Source: Opitutales bacterium (lineage in GTDB: Bacteria; Verrucomicrobiota; Verrucomicrobiia; Opitutales; UBA2987). Taken from it: a DNA stretch of 64,000 bases. The notes below the pieces were generated by a model. That model did not search any database, was not told the origin of the DNA, and saw nothing but the letters and a program-made list of their open reading frames with translations. Shown here piece after piece: positions 47,702-59,012 of this stretch. The stretch covers positions 96,001 through 160,000 of the forward strand of contig CBDDEL010000014.1 of assembly GCA_965226885.1 (NCBI GenBank), in the 5' to 3' direction. A program made the position numbers and the translations under genes. Positions within the stretch are counted from its first letter, which is position 1, and every line of letters starts with the position of its first letter.

Positions 47702-49268
47702 CCCGGATATTTCATGAAGGGTAAAGTTTGGCTCGTTATTGCTATTGGAGATGGATTTCTTTGTATTTTGAGCAGATCGTCTTGATTTTTAGGTGTTTTT
47801 CAGGGTGTAGAGACACTGCCCCCTTTCCCCCATTGGTTCGGTAGTGCCGGGGGCAGCACCAATGCACCCTTTAGGTTGGCACCAATCGGCGGGCCGCATG
47901 GTTGAAAAGACTGGCCCAAGGATAACTCTCACTTAGGTGAAAGTGAATCGTTCGGGTGTTGCGCACGATGACCGCTCCGATCTTGATTAATTTGAGCCGC
48001 AGGGTGTGGCATTGGGCCCGCGCCCACTTCGTCCCTTTTAAGGCTAACCGGCGCATGGCTTCCATCAAGGTGTAGGCCAGCGCCGACAAGAGCAATCGCC
48101 ACTGATTGGCCCACCATTGATGGGCGCTGGTGCGCTCGCTGAACAATTGCATCTGTTCCTTGATTCGGTTCTCCATTTCACCGCGGCCACAGTATACCTT
48201 GTCGTAAAGCTCCTGGGGATCGCCCGGCAGGTTCGTCACCACGAAGCGCGGGTTGGACCCCTGTGCGGTGTGTTCGGCTTTATGGATGACCAACCGCAGC
48301 CATCGCCACGAATCGGCAGCATAGACGAAGTCCTGGAATAACCGTTGTTTTTTACCCCTTAGTTCGAACCATTCTTTGGCCTGCTTTTGCAACTGCTGGG
48401 CGTCTTGCTGCAAGCGTGCATTGCGAGCCATCCCCACGATGTAACTAACTTCGTTGCGGTCGCACCAAGAGAGTATCCGGTCTCGACAAAATCCACTGTC
48501 GGCGCGCCAAATAATCCGCGTACGGGGCCAGCTTTGGCGAATCCGTTTAACCAGCAATTTGAGGATGGCCCCGGCATGCTTGCTGGCATCGATCTTGCTC
48601 GGCCGCAGGTAGGCCACCAGCAGCTGATCACCGCAAAAAACATATAGCGGCAGAAAACAGTAATGATCATAATAACCGTGGAAAAAACGTCCCTCCTGGA
48701 GCCCGTGCACCGGATTGTCGGTGGCGTCAAAGTCCAGGATGATCTCTTCGGGTTCCTCGGCAAAGGAGCCCATGAACTGTTCGACCAACAGCTCGTTTAC
48801 CGCAAAGGCTGCCCGCCGATCCTGCCCGTTTTCAAAACGACACAAAGTCGGCGCGCTGGCCAACGTTTCAATGCGCCCCGTTACCGTTTGCAACAATGGA
48901 TCGTGGCGCAGGGTATCAAAGTCGTTCAAATCCTCATAGCCCGCCACCAGCCCGTAAACGCGCTGCCGCAGCATCCCCAATACCTCATGGCGTACTTTGC
49001 CCTTCTGCCGTTTGTCCACTAACTGTCGGGCCGCTCGTTCGGTCAAGCCCAACTGCCGATCCACTTCCCGGATCAAAAGCAGTCCGGCATCCGAAGTAAC
49101 CTCTCCGCCCTTGAGATCAACCCGCACACGGCGGCCTTTTACCCTTGTCAACTGTAGCTTTAATTGTTTACCTTTTGTCATCGCTGATATTGCTTTAATT
49201 ATTGATCTATCCTGCTGTATATCAGCAGTTAAGCATATCAACGATACTTTTTTTACGAAATATCCGGG
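47702..49268 (-). mobile_element. IS1380-A complete; ORF 47871..49241
   Basis: CTAG on both sides. Confidence 0.95.
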
Positions 49269-49415
49269 CTAGTGCACTGTAACGTATGAAACTGAACATT
49301 TCATTTAATTCGGCTAGCGGTATTGCGGTAAGTCCACTCGAACGACCGAGCGTGTTTGTTGTGGTGACGAATATACTTCATGATATTTCGTTTGAAATCT
49401 CTTTTCGTTTTAAAT
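49269..49415 (-). mobile_element. IS630-family 3' remnant
   Basis: FKTKRDFKRNIMKYIRHHNKHARSFEWTY C-terminus and end ...TTACAGTGCACTAG. Confidence 0.7.
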
Positions 49416-49687
49416 TCCTCTCCGTGTCTTTGTGCCCCCGTGAGAGTTCCTATTCTTCTCTTAAATGCAGAATGTGAATTATGAACATTGACATCTTTTT
49501 TGTTCCCCTCAAATACTACTGGCGTCAATCATCGCCCAAACTCTCTCTCTGGAATGACGAACTGGTCCAGCCTTCCCGCCGCATCTGCTGAAGTAGGGTA
49601 GAGGGTATTATTCGCGAAGAACGCAATGGAGTCAGGATGCAAAATATGAATTATGAACATTGACGTATTTTCTCCTAAAACTTGTAA

Positions 49688-50439
49688 TTAATTTCCCTTA
49701 AGAGGATGATTGCCTGTAAGCGGCTGCCTCTCCGCTTCACTTATAAAATCTTCCATTTTCGGAACCATCTCATCCATCATTTTTTGTTCAAACTCGTCAA
49801 ATGATTGTCCATCGACTATCATTAAAATAGAAAACTTAATCTTGAAATATGTGAGTATTCCGCACATCCATGCAACACTCAAAATATCAGACCGGAGTGC
49901 CTCTTTAGATTTTTCGTAAGACTGAGAAATCTTCAGATCAATCAAATCATTAGTCTTTGTAATTGGCTGATGCTCCTCAGTCTTGCATATATTTCGAGCA
50001 AAATCCTCAAATCCTTTATTTATATGAATAAGATTATCTCGTCCGTTCAATCGGTAAGCTAAGATCGGATACTCATATGAAAGCTCCCTCAAGTCAGCGA
50101 GGTAATCGTCAGTAACAAACGAAAAACTTAGGTCTTTCAATTTCTCTAATAGATCTTTGAATGACAGCCAATGTGTTCTATAGTATCGGTTATCTCTTTT
50201 TCGGAAACCAAATAGCCTAAATTTGAAAATGCTTTTGTTATAACCTTACGGTAAACTATAGTGAAAATTTGTTCGTTGAGTCGAAATCTATCAAAAATCC
50301 AGTAGATATTCAGTAAATGGTACAAAATGCGCCGAATTTGCCGCTTCTTCAATGCACGATTTCTCAATATATATGCAGTGGCAGCGACCACTGCTGATAG
50401 TGGAACCGACAATTGCTGAATTGTGTTGAGATAATCCAT
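49688..50439 (-). pseudogene. AT-rich hypothetical membrane-anchored protein, probably frameshifted near 50160
   Basis: Two abutting ORFs (50146..50439, 49688..50140); second frame stays open upstream of its TTG (FKDLLEKLKD). Confidence 0.5.
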
Positions 50440-50916
50440 TGTTTTACGCGAGTCCTATGTGGTTGGAGTTTTCGTTTCCTCTATTTGGTTTTATTAAATT
50501 TTTGACCGAATTTTGCAAGTAAGTTTATAATTCATTGGCTGAGAAGGGAATTTATCTGAATTTCGAAATAGTGGTGAGTGAATATTTTGAATTTGAACGA
50601 TGTTTCTTACGGGGGCCTGGAGGCACGGAGAATTTGCTGAACGAACGTGCTGTGGACAGACCTGGCGACCTGCCTGGCGACCTGAAATGTGAAGGGATTG
50701 GGTTTTTTGTGGGACATTTTGGCGCATTTTTGGATTTTTTTTGTGTTTATTCAAACGCATCAAACGGAGCTAACCTATCCATTGACGTTTTTGGGGAATT
50801 ATGGTATGTTCAGGGTTCTGCCGGCGAAATCAGGCGAAAAAATGTAAACGCCGGGGAAAAACCGGTACGGTAAAGAGGGCGCTTTAAAACCGGTACGCTT
50901 ATCCTAGAAAGGAGGA

Positions 50917-52422
50917 GTGTATCGAGATATGAAGCAATGGACAAGAGTGCGGCACAAAGTGCTGCGGGACAAGCAGAGCAAGCGCTCTGTAATGCGAGAA
51001 GAGGGACTGCACTGGGAGACCCTGGGAAAGATGCTGGCCTATTCCCAGCCGCCGGGATACCGGCGCAAGAAGAGGCGAGAGCGCAAGATCGATCCGTATG
51101 TGGGCTGGATCGAGGAGGTGCTCAAAGCGGACCGGAACGTGCCCAAGAAGCAGCGCCATACGGCCAAACGGATCTACCAGCGTTTGGGTCGGGAGAAGGG
51201 CTACCAAGGGGGCTACACGGCGGTCAAGGAGGTGGTGGCCGAGCTGCGAGCGAGGCGGCGGGAAGTGTTCGTGCCGCTGGAGCACCGCCCCGGGGAGGGA
51301 CAGGTGGACTTCGGTCATGCCCTGGTGAAGGAGGCGGGGCAATTGCGTAGGCGGCCATTTTTTGCCATGAGCCTGCCCTACAGCGATGCCTTTTTCGTGC
51401 AGGTGTTCGAACGGGAGTGCACGGAGAGCTTCTGGGAGGGGCACCTGCGAGCTTTTGAGTTTTTCGGGGCGGTGCCCCGGCGCATCAGCTATGACAACTC
51501 GAAGGTGGCGGTGGGTAAGATTATCGGTTCGCGTGAACGCAAGCTGACCGACGGGTTTCTGCAGCTACAGAGCCATTACCTGTTCGAGGAACACTTCTGT
51601 CTGCCCGCCCGGCCCAACGAGAAGGGCGTGGTCGAGGGGATCGTGCGTTATGCCCGGGCCAACTTCCTGGTACCGGTACCGCAGGTTCGGGACCTGGAGG
51701 AACTCAACGCAAAGCTGTTGGAGGCATGTGAGCGGGACATGGAGCGTAAATTACGCGGGAAAAGGGCGGTGAAAAAGGAACTGCTGGCCGAGGAGCGCGC
51801 CGTCATGCTGGCGTTGCCGCCCATACCCTTTGAAGCGAGCCGCAAACGCTCGACCTGCGTCAGCAGCCTCTCGCTGGTGCGCTTCGAGTGCAACGACTAT
51901 TCGGTGCCGGTGCGCTGCGCCCACCATCCGGTGGTGGTGGAAGGGTCCTGTCGGCAGGTGGTGATCTTCTGTGGGGGCCAAGAGGTGGCCCGGCACCGCC
52001 GCATTTGGGATAAAGAGCAAGTCTCTTTCGAGCCGGTGCACTACCTGGCTTTGCTGGAGAAAAAACCGGGCGCTTTGGACTTCGCCCGCCCACTCTCGGG
52101 CTGGCAGTTGCCGCAGTGCCTGCAGGTCCTCAGACGCCGGCTCGAAAGCCAATGCGGGGGCGAAGGCACCCGGGAGTATATCCGGGTGCTGCGGCTGTTG
52201 GAGAAACACCCCATGGCGGCCTTGCAGCAGGCCGTCGTCTCGGCCCTGCGGGTGGGGGGACTGACTCGTGAGGCCATCGCCCAGTATCTCTATCCTCAGG
52301 AAGACTACGGGAGCAGAACCTTCCGGCTGGACGGCCATCCACACCTGCGTCACGTCCGTGTGGCCGCCCCTGACCTCGGTGCCTACAGCGAACTGCTCAA
52401 GATTCCAGGAGGGGCTTTATGA
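50917..52422 (+). CDS. istA: IS21 transposase IstA
   Basis: QVDFG, YDNSK, EKGVVE DDE motifs. Confidence 0.95.
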   Translation: MYRDMKQWTRVRHKVLRDKQSKRSVMREEGLHWETLGKMLAYSQPPGYRRKKRRERKIDPYVGWIEEVLKADRNVPKKQRHTAKRIYQRLGREKGYQGGYTAVKEVVAELRARRREVFVPLEHRPGEGQVDFGHALVKEAGQLRRRPFFAMSLPYSDAFFVQVFERECTESFWEGHLRAFEFFGAVPRRISYDNSKVAVGKIIGSRERKLTDGFLQLQSHYLFEEHFCLPARPNEKGVVEGIVRYARANFLVPVPQVRDLEELNAKLLEACERDMERKLRGKRAVKKELLAEERAVMLALPPIPFEASRKRSTCVSSLSLVRFECNDYSVPVRCAHHPVVVEGSCRQVVIFCGGQEVARHRRIWDKEQVSFEPVHYLALLEKKPGALDFARPLSGWQLPQCLQVLRRRLESQCGGEGTREYIRVLRLLEKHPMAALQQAVVSALRVGGLTREAIAQYLYPQEDYGSRTFRLDGHPHLRHVRVAAPDLGAYSELLKIPGGAL

Positions 52423-53186
52423 AGGAAGAAAAAAACCAGCTGCTGTTACACCATCACCTCAAGAAACTGAAGTTGCCCACCATCCTGCGCGAATGGCCGG
52501 CGGTGGCCGCGGCTTGTTCCCGGGACCGGCTCGATTACGCCGCCTTTTTGTTGCATCTGGTCGAACGGGAGCTCATTGAACGCGAACAGCGGGCCGCCCA
52601 GCGGCGGATCAAAAACGCCCGTTTCCCCGTGCTCAAGACCCTCGAGAGCTTCGCCTTTGAAGCGCAGCCCTCGATCAACGAAGCGCTCATCCGAGAGCTC
52701 ATGCGCGGGGAGTATGTCGACCAGCGCGAAAACGTGCTGCTCCTCGGTAACGCCGGTACCGGTAAAACGCACCTGGCCACCGCCCTGGGCTTTGCCGCCT
52801 GTGCCCAGGGCCGGCGGATCCGTTTCTTCGGGGTCACCGCCCTGGTTACCCATATGCTCGAGCAACGCGACAACCACGACCTGCAGCGCTTCATGAAGCA
52901 ACTCGAAAGGCTCGACCTACTCATCCTCGACGAACTCGGTTACGTCCCTTTTTCCAAGACCGGTTCCGAACTGCTCTTCGACGTGGTCAGCCGCGCTTAC
53001 GAGCGCACCAGTCTCATCGTCACCACCAACCTGCCCTTTGAGAACTGGATCGAAGTGCTCGGTTCCGAACGGCTCACCGGAGCTCTGCTGGACCGACTCA
53101 CCCATCGGGTGCATATCCTCGAAGCCAACGGGCAAAGCTACCGCTTGCGCGATGCTCGACGCCGTCGCCGTGGCACAAAACAATAA
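52419..53186 (+). CDS. istB: IS21 helper ATPase IstB
   Basis: GNAGTGKTHLA, LILDELGY, LDRLTH. Confidence 0.96.
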   Translation: MKEEKNQLLLHHHLKKLKLPTILREWPAVAAACSRDRLDYAAFLLHLVERELIEREQRAAQRRIKNARFPVLKTLESFAFEAQPSINEALIRELMRGEYVDQRENVLLLGNAGTGKTHLATALGFAACAQGRRIRFFGVTALVTHMLEQRDNHDLQRFMKQLERLDLLILDELGYVPFSKTGSELLFDVVSRAYERTSLIVTTNLPFENWIEVLGSERLTGALLDRLTHRVHILEANGQSYRLRDARRRRRGTKQ

Positions 53187-53390
53187 ACGCCTTGGGCCCG
53201 GCTCGTCGGCCTCCGGCCTCCTCACCGACCCCAAGCCAATCCCCAAAACCAACTCCCAAACCCTAAACCTTGACGTACCTGCAATTACTAACCTAAACCT
53301 TATTCCAAGCGTACCGGTTTTACCCCGACCCCCGTACCGGTTTCATCCCGGCGTTTACAGAAATACTTATTTTTATTATTTTATTAACTA

Positions 53391-55207
53391 GAGGCTGTCC
53401 CAAAAGGGTGATTTTTGCGAGGGCTTTTGATAGGCGCTCATTTTAGAGGTATTTGCATTTGGGAGAGTATCAACTTTGCTCTTCTATGACGTTAGGATAC
53501 TGGTTTTGGGGTCCGGTTGCCTGGTTTTCTTTGTATGAGCCGACAGTACGGCTGTGAAAAAGTATTGTCCTTGCTTTTCCGCTCTCTAGGCCGCCGCTTT
53601 GGTTTTTAGTTCGTCTTGCTGGGCCAGCATCTTGGCTACTTTCCATAGGTTGTGCGAGAGTACCGACCAGGCTACGCTGATCGAGCGGTTGGCAAAGCCT
53701 TTGCTGCGCAACCGCCCGGCCTGCCAGCGATTCTTCAATACCCCGATCCGCCCTTCGGTGCTGGCCCGGCGCTTTTGCAATTGTCTGAACAGTGGTTCCT
53801 CCATCCGTTTTTTCAACTGCTTCGGATCGCGTGGACAGAGCGCGTCGTAGATTCCCTCCTGGGCTAACTGCCGGCGGGCCCGCTGGGAGGCAAATCCCCG
53901 GTCCGCGCACATGGCCGCTATGGGTTCTTCCAGGTTGAAGCGGTTCTGTCTTTGCAAACTCTCTAGCATTTGTTCATTTTCGCTTGGAGTTCGGCTGCCG
54001 TAGAGTTTCCAGTCCAGCAGGTACCCTTCAACGCTTTCTCCCAAAAACAGGGTGTTGCCGAACTCGACCTCTTGGCCCGCTTTACCTCGCACAATCACCT
54101 GCACATCGAGTTCGTAAACACTCAAGACTTTCTCTGCGTTTTTCACCTGGCGGCCGCCAATGATCCGCTCGTGCGCCTGTTTGATGACCACCGGGATTTG
54201 CTCGCTCATGCGCTCCATCCGGGCGAGGATCTGTTGGACCTGTTTTTCGCTGTAATCGCTTTGCTCCCAGCAGGCTTGCAATAATTCCCGGTGACTGCGG
54301 GCATGCTCCCCGATCCGTTTGAGCAGCTTTTTCATCTGCCTCAAGATACCCTTGCGCTGCCGCGCGCTGTCCTTTCGCCGCCGGCTGTGGGTCATCTGTA
54401 TGCACAGCCGATTCATCTGCCGAGCCAAGGGCTCCGGTTCGATCGGCATGCGATGGCGCAAACCGGCCTTCTCGCGGATCAGCCGGATCGCTTTGAGCAA
54501 CGTGCCGGCTACATCCTTGAGTAATACCCAGTCCGTCGGCCAATGAATGTTAGCCTCCAAACAGGTGCCGTCGATCAGGCAAATGGTGGTGTCAATCGGC
54601 TTGTCCAATCCCACCTGCCGGGCCAGAAGGGCATCGCCCACCACCTCAGTCAAGGTCCGGTGCAAGGCCCTCAACTGCTCTTCGCTGAAAAACTTCGAGG
54701 CCCGCTCCAGGGTGCTTTTGGAGATGCCCCTGATGCCATCGATCTGCCGGACACGGCAAAAGTCGGCCAACAGATCGCTGCTGCCCAGAGCCCGCGACAA
54801 ATGCCGAAACGAAATCCCTCCGAGCAGACGGCCCAGCGTATCCATGCGCAGTGCCTTGATGGCAAAACTGGCCCGCTGCCGCCGGGCCTTTAGACCCATT
54901 GGCGGCCACCCCTCCAAGGCCAGCTCAATGGCCTGCGATCCCACCTCCGAGTCGATCAGCAGCCGATCGATTCGATCAATGGTGGCGCGGAAGTTATCGT
55001 AATCGAGGCACCGGTCGACCACAGTTAAAGCTGGACGCAGGAGGCATTGGATGGCTATATTTTTCATAGAAAGGGCTATATTGATTTTCGCTAACTCAAT
55101 TATAGAACCCTTTTTTGGCCGGATCGAGCAAAAACTTGCTCTTTCCGGCTCTTTTTATCAACGTCATCCAGTTGACTATAAAATCTTTATATTTTTGGGA
55201 CAGCCTC
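53391..55207 (-). mobile_element. IS5/ISNCY-like copy 3; transposase 53586..55067
   Basis: Both IRs; flanks TAACTA and TATTTA do not match. Confidence 0.93.
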
Positions 55208-55768
55208 TATTTAGCTTCGTATCAAGGCCATGCCGAAGTGGTCAAATTGCTTCTGGAATCCGGAGCCGATGTGAATGAAGCCGATAAAGAGGGTGTTACA
55301 CCGTTATATAAAGCGTCGCAGTTTGATCGTGCTGAAGTGGTCAAGCTGTTGCTGGATTCTGAGGCCGATGTGGATAAAGGCGATAGAAGTGGCGAAAGAC
55401 CGTTATTTATAGCGTCGGAGCATGGCCGTGGCGAAGTGGTGAAGCTGCTATTGGAAGCCAAGGCCAATTTGAATAAAGCCGATAAAGATGGCAAAACTCC
55501 GCTCTACAAAGCGACGTATCGTGGCCATGCCGAAGTGGTCAAAGTGCTGCTGGAATCCGGGGCCGATGTGGATGATGCCGATAAAGAAGGCGTTACTCCG
55601 CTATATTTTGCGTCGTATCAAGGCCATGTCGAATTGGTCAAGCTGCTGCTGGAAGCTGGGGCCAATGTGAATAAAGCCCGTAAAAATGGCGCAACTCCGC
55701 TATTTATTGCGTCGCAGTATGGCCATTCAGAAGTCGCTCAGCTTTTAAAAAATCACGGTGCCGAATAA
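55208..55768 (+). pseudogene. Ankyrin repeat protein, 5'-truncated at IS boundary
   Basis: About six 33-aa repeats GxTPLYxASxxGHxEVVKLLLxxGADV. Confidence 0.9.
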
Positions 55769-55950
55769 TTTAGCCGTCAGTTCTGATCAAACAGGGGTCT
55801 CCGCATTCCGGCAGTTAGGTAGAAAAAGCTTCTGTCGAGGGCTGCTTGACAAATTATCTGCGTTCATCCGTGTAGTCCGTGGTTGAATTTATTTCCATTG
55901 GTAATCAGGGTTATGCGCGATGGTTTATTGGTTTTTTCTATTTAAATTAA

Positions 55951-57096
55951 ATGAGTCTCAAACTTGAATCGAAATTTCCCGGCGGCAATGCTCGTCGTTT
56001 ATCGCTGGTAACCGGGGACGATATGCCGGTGGTGAGCTTTGCGGCCGATCCTTGCCAGGGGCCCGAGTGCCTCTGGTTTTATTTTCGTCTGGTGGAGACG
56101 GCGCCGGTAACCGTCAAGGCGGAGAAAGTGCAGCTGGTTCTGGAGTATTTCGACAATCTTTTCGGCAGCGGTGATCCCATCCGGGTGCGGCCGGTTTGCA
56201 AGCACCAGAACAGGGATTGGGTGAGGATGAAACCGGGAAAAATCGATGTCAGCAAGGACGGGCGGCACAGTGTTTCCTGGGTCGTTGACTACCCCAATCC
56301 CAGCATGGAGGTGGCCGTCTCCTTTCCCTACGGGACTTTGGAAATCAAACAGATGGTGGGCAAAACAAAGGGCTACTGGCAGTCCGACACGATTGGCCTG
56401 ACGCAATCCGGGCGGCCCATCCAGCGATTGAGCAACCACTATGGAACGCCTGGCGGCAAGATGCCCGGCATCTACCTGGTGGCCCGTCAAAATCCTGGGG
56501 AGACGCCCGGTTCATGGATCCTCGACGGCCTTCTGCGGGAATTGGCCCGCACCCGCAACCAGCGCTGCCTGGTGTGGGTGATTCCCCTGGCCGACATCGA
56601 CGGGATTGCGCGCGGTGAATACGGCAAGAAAAATTATCCCTTCAACCTCAACCGCTCGTGGGGAGATTCCTTTTATAGGCACGAAACCCTGGTCATGCAA
56701 AGCGATCTGAAACGCTGGCAGGGACGCTGCCAACCGGCCCTTGGAATTAATTTTCAATCCCCCGGTATCTGCAACACCGAGGGCATTCACTGCTATTTGC
56801 CCGATGCGGAGCGTTTTGCCAACCTGCACAAACTCTCCACCGCCTGGGCCAACAACCTGGCCAACCGGATACCTCCAAAGTTTGCCGCCCCTGCCGCCAC
56901 TTTCAAGAAACCGGCTCCGCCACGGCCCGGAGGCCTCGAAAACGACTTCGTCTCCTATTGTAGCGAAACCTTGGGTAATTGCGCCTTGACGCTGTTGACC
57001 CCCTACGCCTTGGCGGGAGACAGTTTAATGTCCCGCAAATGCTACCGCGAAGCCGGCAAAGCCATCGCCCTGGCCATTCTGGACCGGTTTAAATAA
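55951..57096 (+). CDS. M14 zinc carboxypeptidase-like protein (cytosolic carboxypeptidase type) with degenerate active site
   Basis: FPGGN, WFYF, IGLTQSGRPI, ARQNPGETPGSW, NLNRSW. Confidence 0.8.
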   Translation: MSLKLESKFPGGNARRLSLVTGDDMPVVSFAADPCQGPECLWFYFRLVETAPVTVKAEKVQLVLEYFDNLFGSGDPIRVRPVCKHQNRDWVRMKPGKIDVSKDGRHSVSWVVDYPNPSMEVAVSFPYGTLEIKQMVGKTKGYWQSDTIGLTQSGRPIQRLSNHYGTPGGKMPGIYLVARQNPGETPGSWILDGLLRELARTRNQRCLVWVIPLADIDGIARGEYGKKNYPFNLNRSWGDSFYRHETLVMQSDLKRWQGRCQPALGINFQSPGICNTEGIHCYLPDAERFANLHKLSTAWANNLANRIPPKFAAPAATFKKPAPPRPGGLENDFVSYCSETLGNCALTLLTPYALAGDSLMSRKCYREAGKAIALAILDRFK

Positions 57097-57242
57097 AAAA
57101 ACCACGTCGCCCTTCAATCCTTTTATACCAACTCCTCCACAGCCGGAGGGGCTGGTCGGTTTTTTTGCATATTGAGATAAAAACAACGACTAGACAAAAC
57201 CTGACAATTTCAATAAAATGCCAAACTCGCTTTTTCAAGAAA

Positions 57243-57599
57243 TTACTTAATGGCTGGCATCAAATTACGTTTGAACCTTCCTGGCTGAATAAGATAGCCC
57301 AACGGAAATGGCGCATCTGCACTCCCTCCTTTTTGCCCTGCCCATTCCTCTGCCAAGGATTTCAATTCAGCGGCTGTAATTAGAGCGATAGTAGTGCCAT
57401 TTTCTACAAGATATTGCATCGCTATAACACTTGATTCATCAGTAAATGCGGGTCCGATCACCAAAAAAACGCCGACTTTTTTGTCCGCGTTGCAGATGTA
57501 ACCATCAAACTGGCTTAGGTGATCTTTTAGATTAACTTCCTTTTCTTTAGATTTGTTATCCCAAAAGATTAGCTTGTCTTGATATGAAACTACACCATC
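57243..57599 (-). pseudogene. C-terminal fragment of a restriction-endonuclease-like (PD-(D/E)xK) protein
   Basis: DGVVSYQDKLIFWDNKSKE...FLVIGPAFT; cut by IS3-B. Confidence 0.5.
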
Positions 57600-58923
57600 T
57601 GATGTGCACTGGAAAAAGTGGACACGAGATTCTCCTAAATGGAGAATCGAAGCATGGGAAGAAGACGCAGTATAGAGTTCAAAAATGAGGCAGTTCAACT
57701 GATGATACTCGATGGTCTGAGCGCCACCGAGGTATCGACCAAACTTGGGGTCAACACCAACCAATTGTATAGGTGGAAGAGGCTCTATCTGGACGATCAG
57801 CAGGGCGAAGCCACCTCAAAGCGACAGAGCAGTCCGAAGGAGATGGCGGCCGAGATAGATCGTCTTCGCAAAGAGCTGCGCCGCTCGGAGCGGATCAACC
57901 AGATACTAAAAAAAACGGTGGGCTACTTTGCCAAGGACGAACAATGAAGTACCAGTTTGTCAAAGACAACGAGGGGCGCTTCAAGATCGAGGAAATATGC
58001 TCGGCGATGGGGATTTGTCGCAGTGGCTATTACTGCTGGAGGCCCCGAGCGCCCTCGGCCCGGCGGATCGAGGACGAGGGAATCAAGGGGGCGATCCTGA
58101 AGGTACACAAAGAGGCCAAGGGCCGCTATGGGCATCGGCCAATGCACCGCCATCTGAAGGATGATGAGGGCATCGATTGCGGCCGTGACCGGGCTCTGCG
58201 TCTGATGCGTGAAATGGGAATCAAAAGCACCCAGAGTAAACGCTTTAAGCCATTAAAACCAACAGTAACCATCCCTATGGTTACAGCCCCAATGTGCTTA
58301 AAAAGCATGGCCAGCCGACCCATATCGACGAGGTCTGGGTGGCGGACACGACCTACCTACGGACCCTGGCCGGTTGGATGTACTTGGCCACGGTGATGGA
58401 CCTGTTCAGCCGACGCCTGCTGGGCTGGAGCGTTTCCAACCACAACGACGCGAAGCTGGTTGGCAAGGCCCTCAAAGCCGCGGCCATGACCCGCGGCACA
58501 CTGCGCACCGGGATTATTCATCACAGCGATCGGGGCAGCCCCTACGCCAGCGACGACTATCAGAGGCTGGTCTCTGAACTAGGCATGAAGCCGAGCATGA
58601 GCGCCCAAGGCAACTGCTACGACAACGCGGCCATGGAATCGTTCTACGGCCGCTTCAAGACCAGCACGATTCGAGGCCGCCACTTTGCCGACGAGCGCGA
58701 ACTGCGATCAACTGTCTTCGAATACGTGGAAATCTTCTACAACCGATATCGCAAACATTCCTCTCTGAGTTACCAAAGCCCAGTCCAATTCGAGGAAAAT
58801 ATTTGCCCCCCATGGGGGGCAACGAGAAAACAAAACCCTTTACCAAAACAAGCCGCCTGACACACTAATCAATAAACAATGAATATAAGAGAATCCCGTG
58901 TCCAACAAATCCAGTACACGTCA
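57600..58923 (+). mobile_element. IS3-B copy with frameshifted orfB
   Basis: Both IRs; 3-bp deletion near 57668; 1-bp deletion near 58256; no TSD. Confidence 0.93.
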
Positions 58924-59012
58924 TTTTTAGGTGTTTTTCAGGGTGTAGAGACACTGCCCCCTTTCCCCCATTGGTTCGGTAGTGCCGGGGGCAGCACCAA
59001 TGCACCCTTTAG
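58924..59012 (-). mobile_element. IS1380-A 3' untranslated fragment
   Basis: Exact match up to the stop-codon TTAG. Confidence 0.88.

Larger units (their letters stand above)
50843..53359 (+). mobile_element. IS21-family element, complete
   Basis: TGTAAACGCCGGG IRs with repeated ACCGGTACG subterminal boxes; no TSD visible. Confidence 0.95.

Noticed and set aside
50494..50842. Genomic-island att site or integrase end
   Set aside because: Non-coding look is suggestive, but no tRNA core, integrase motif or second copy is present in the window
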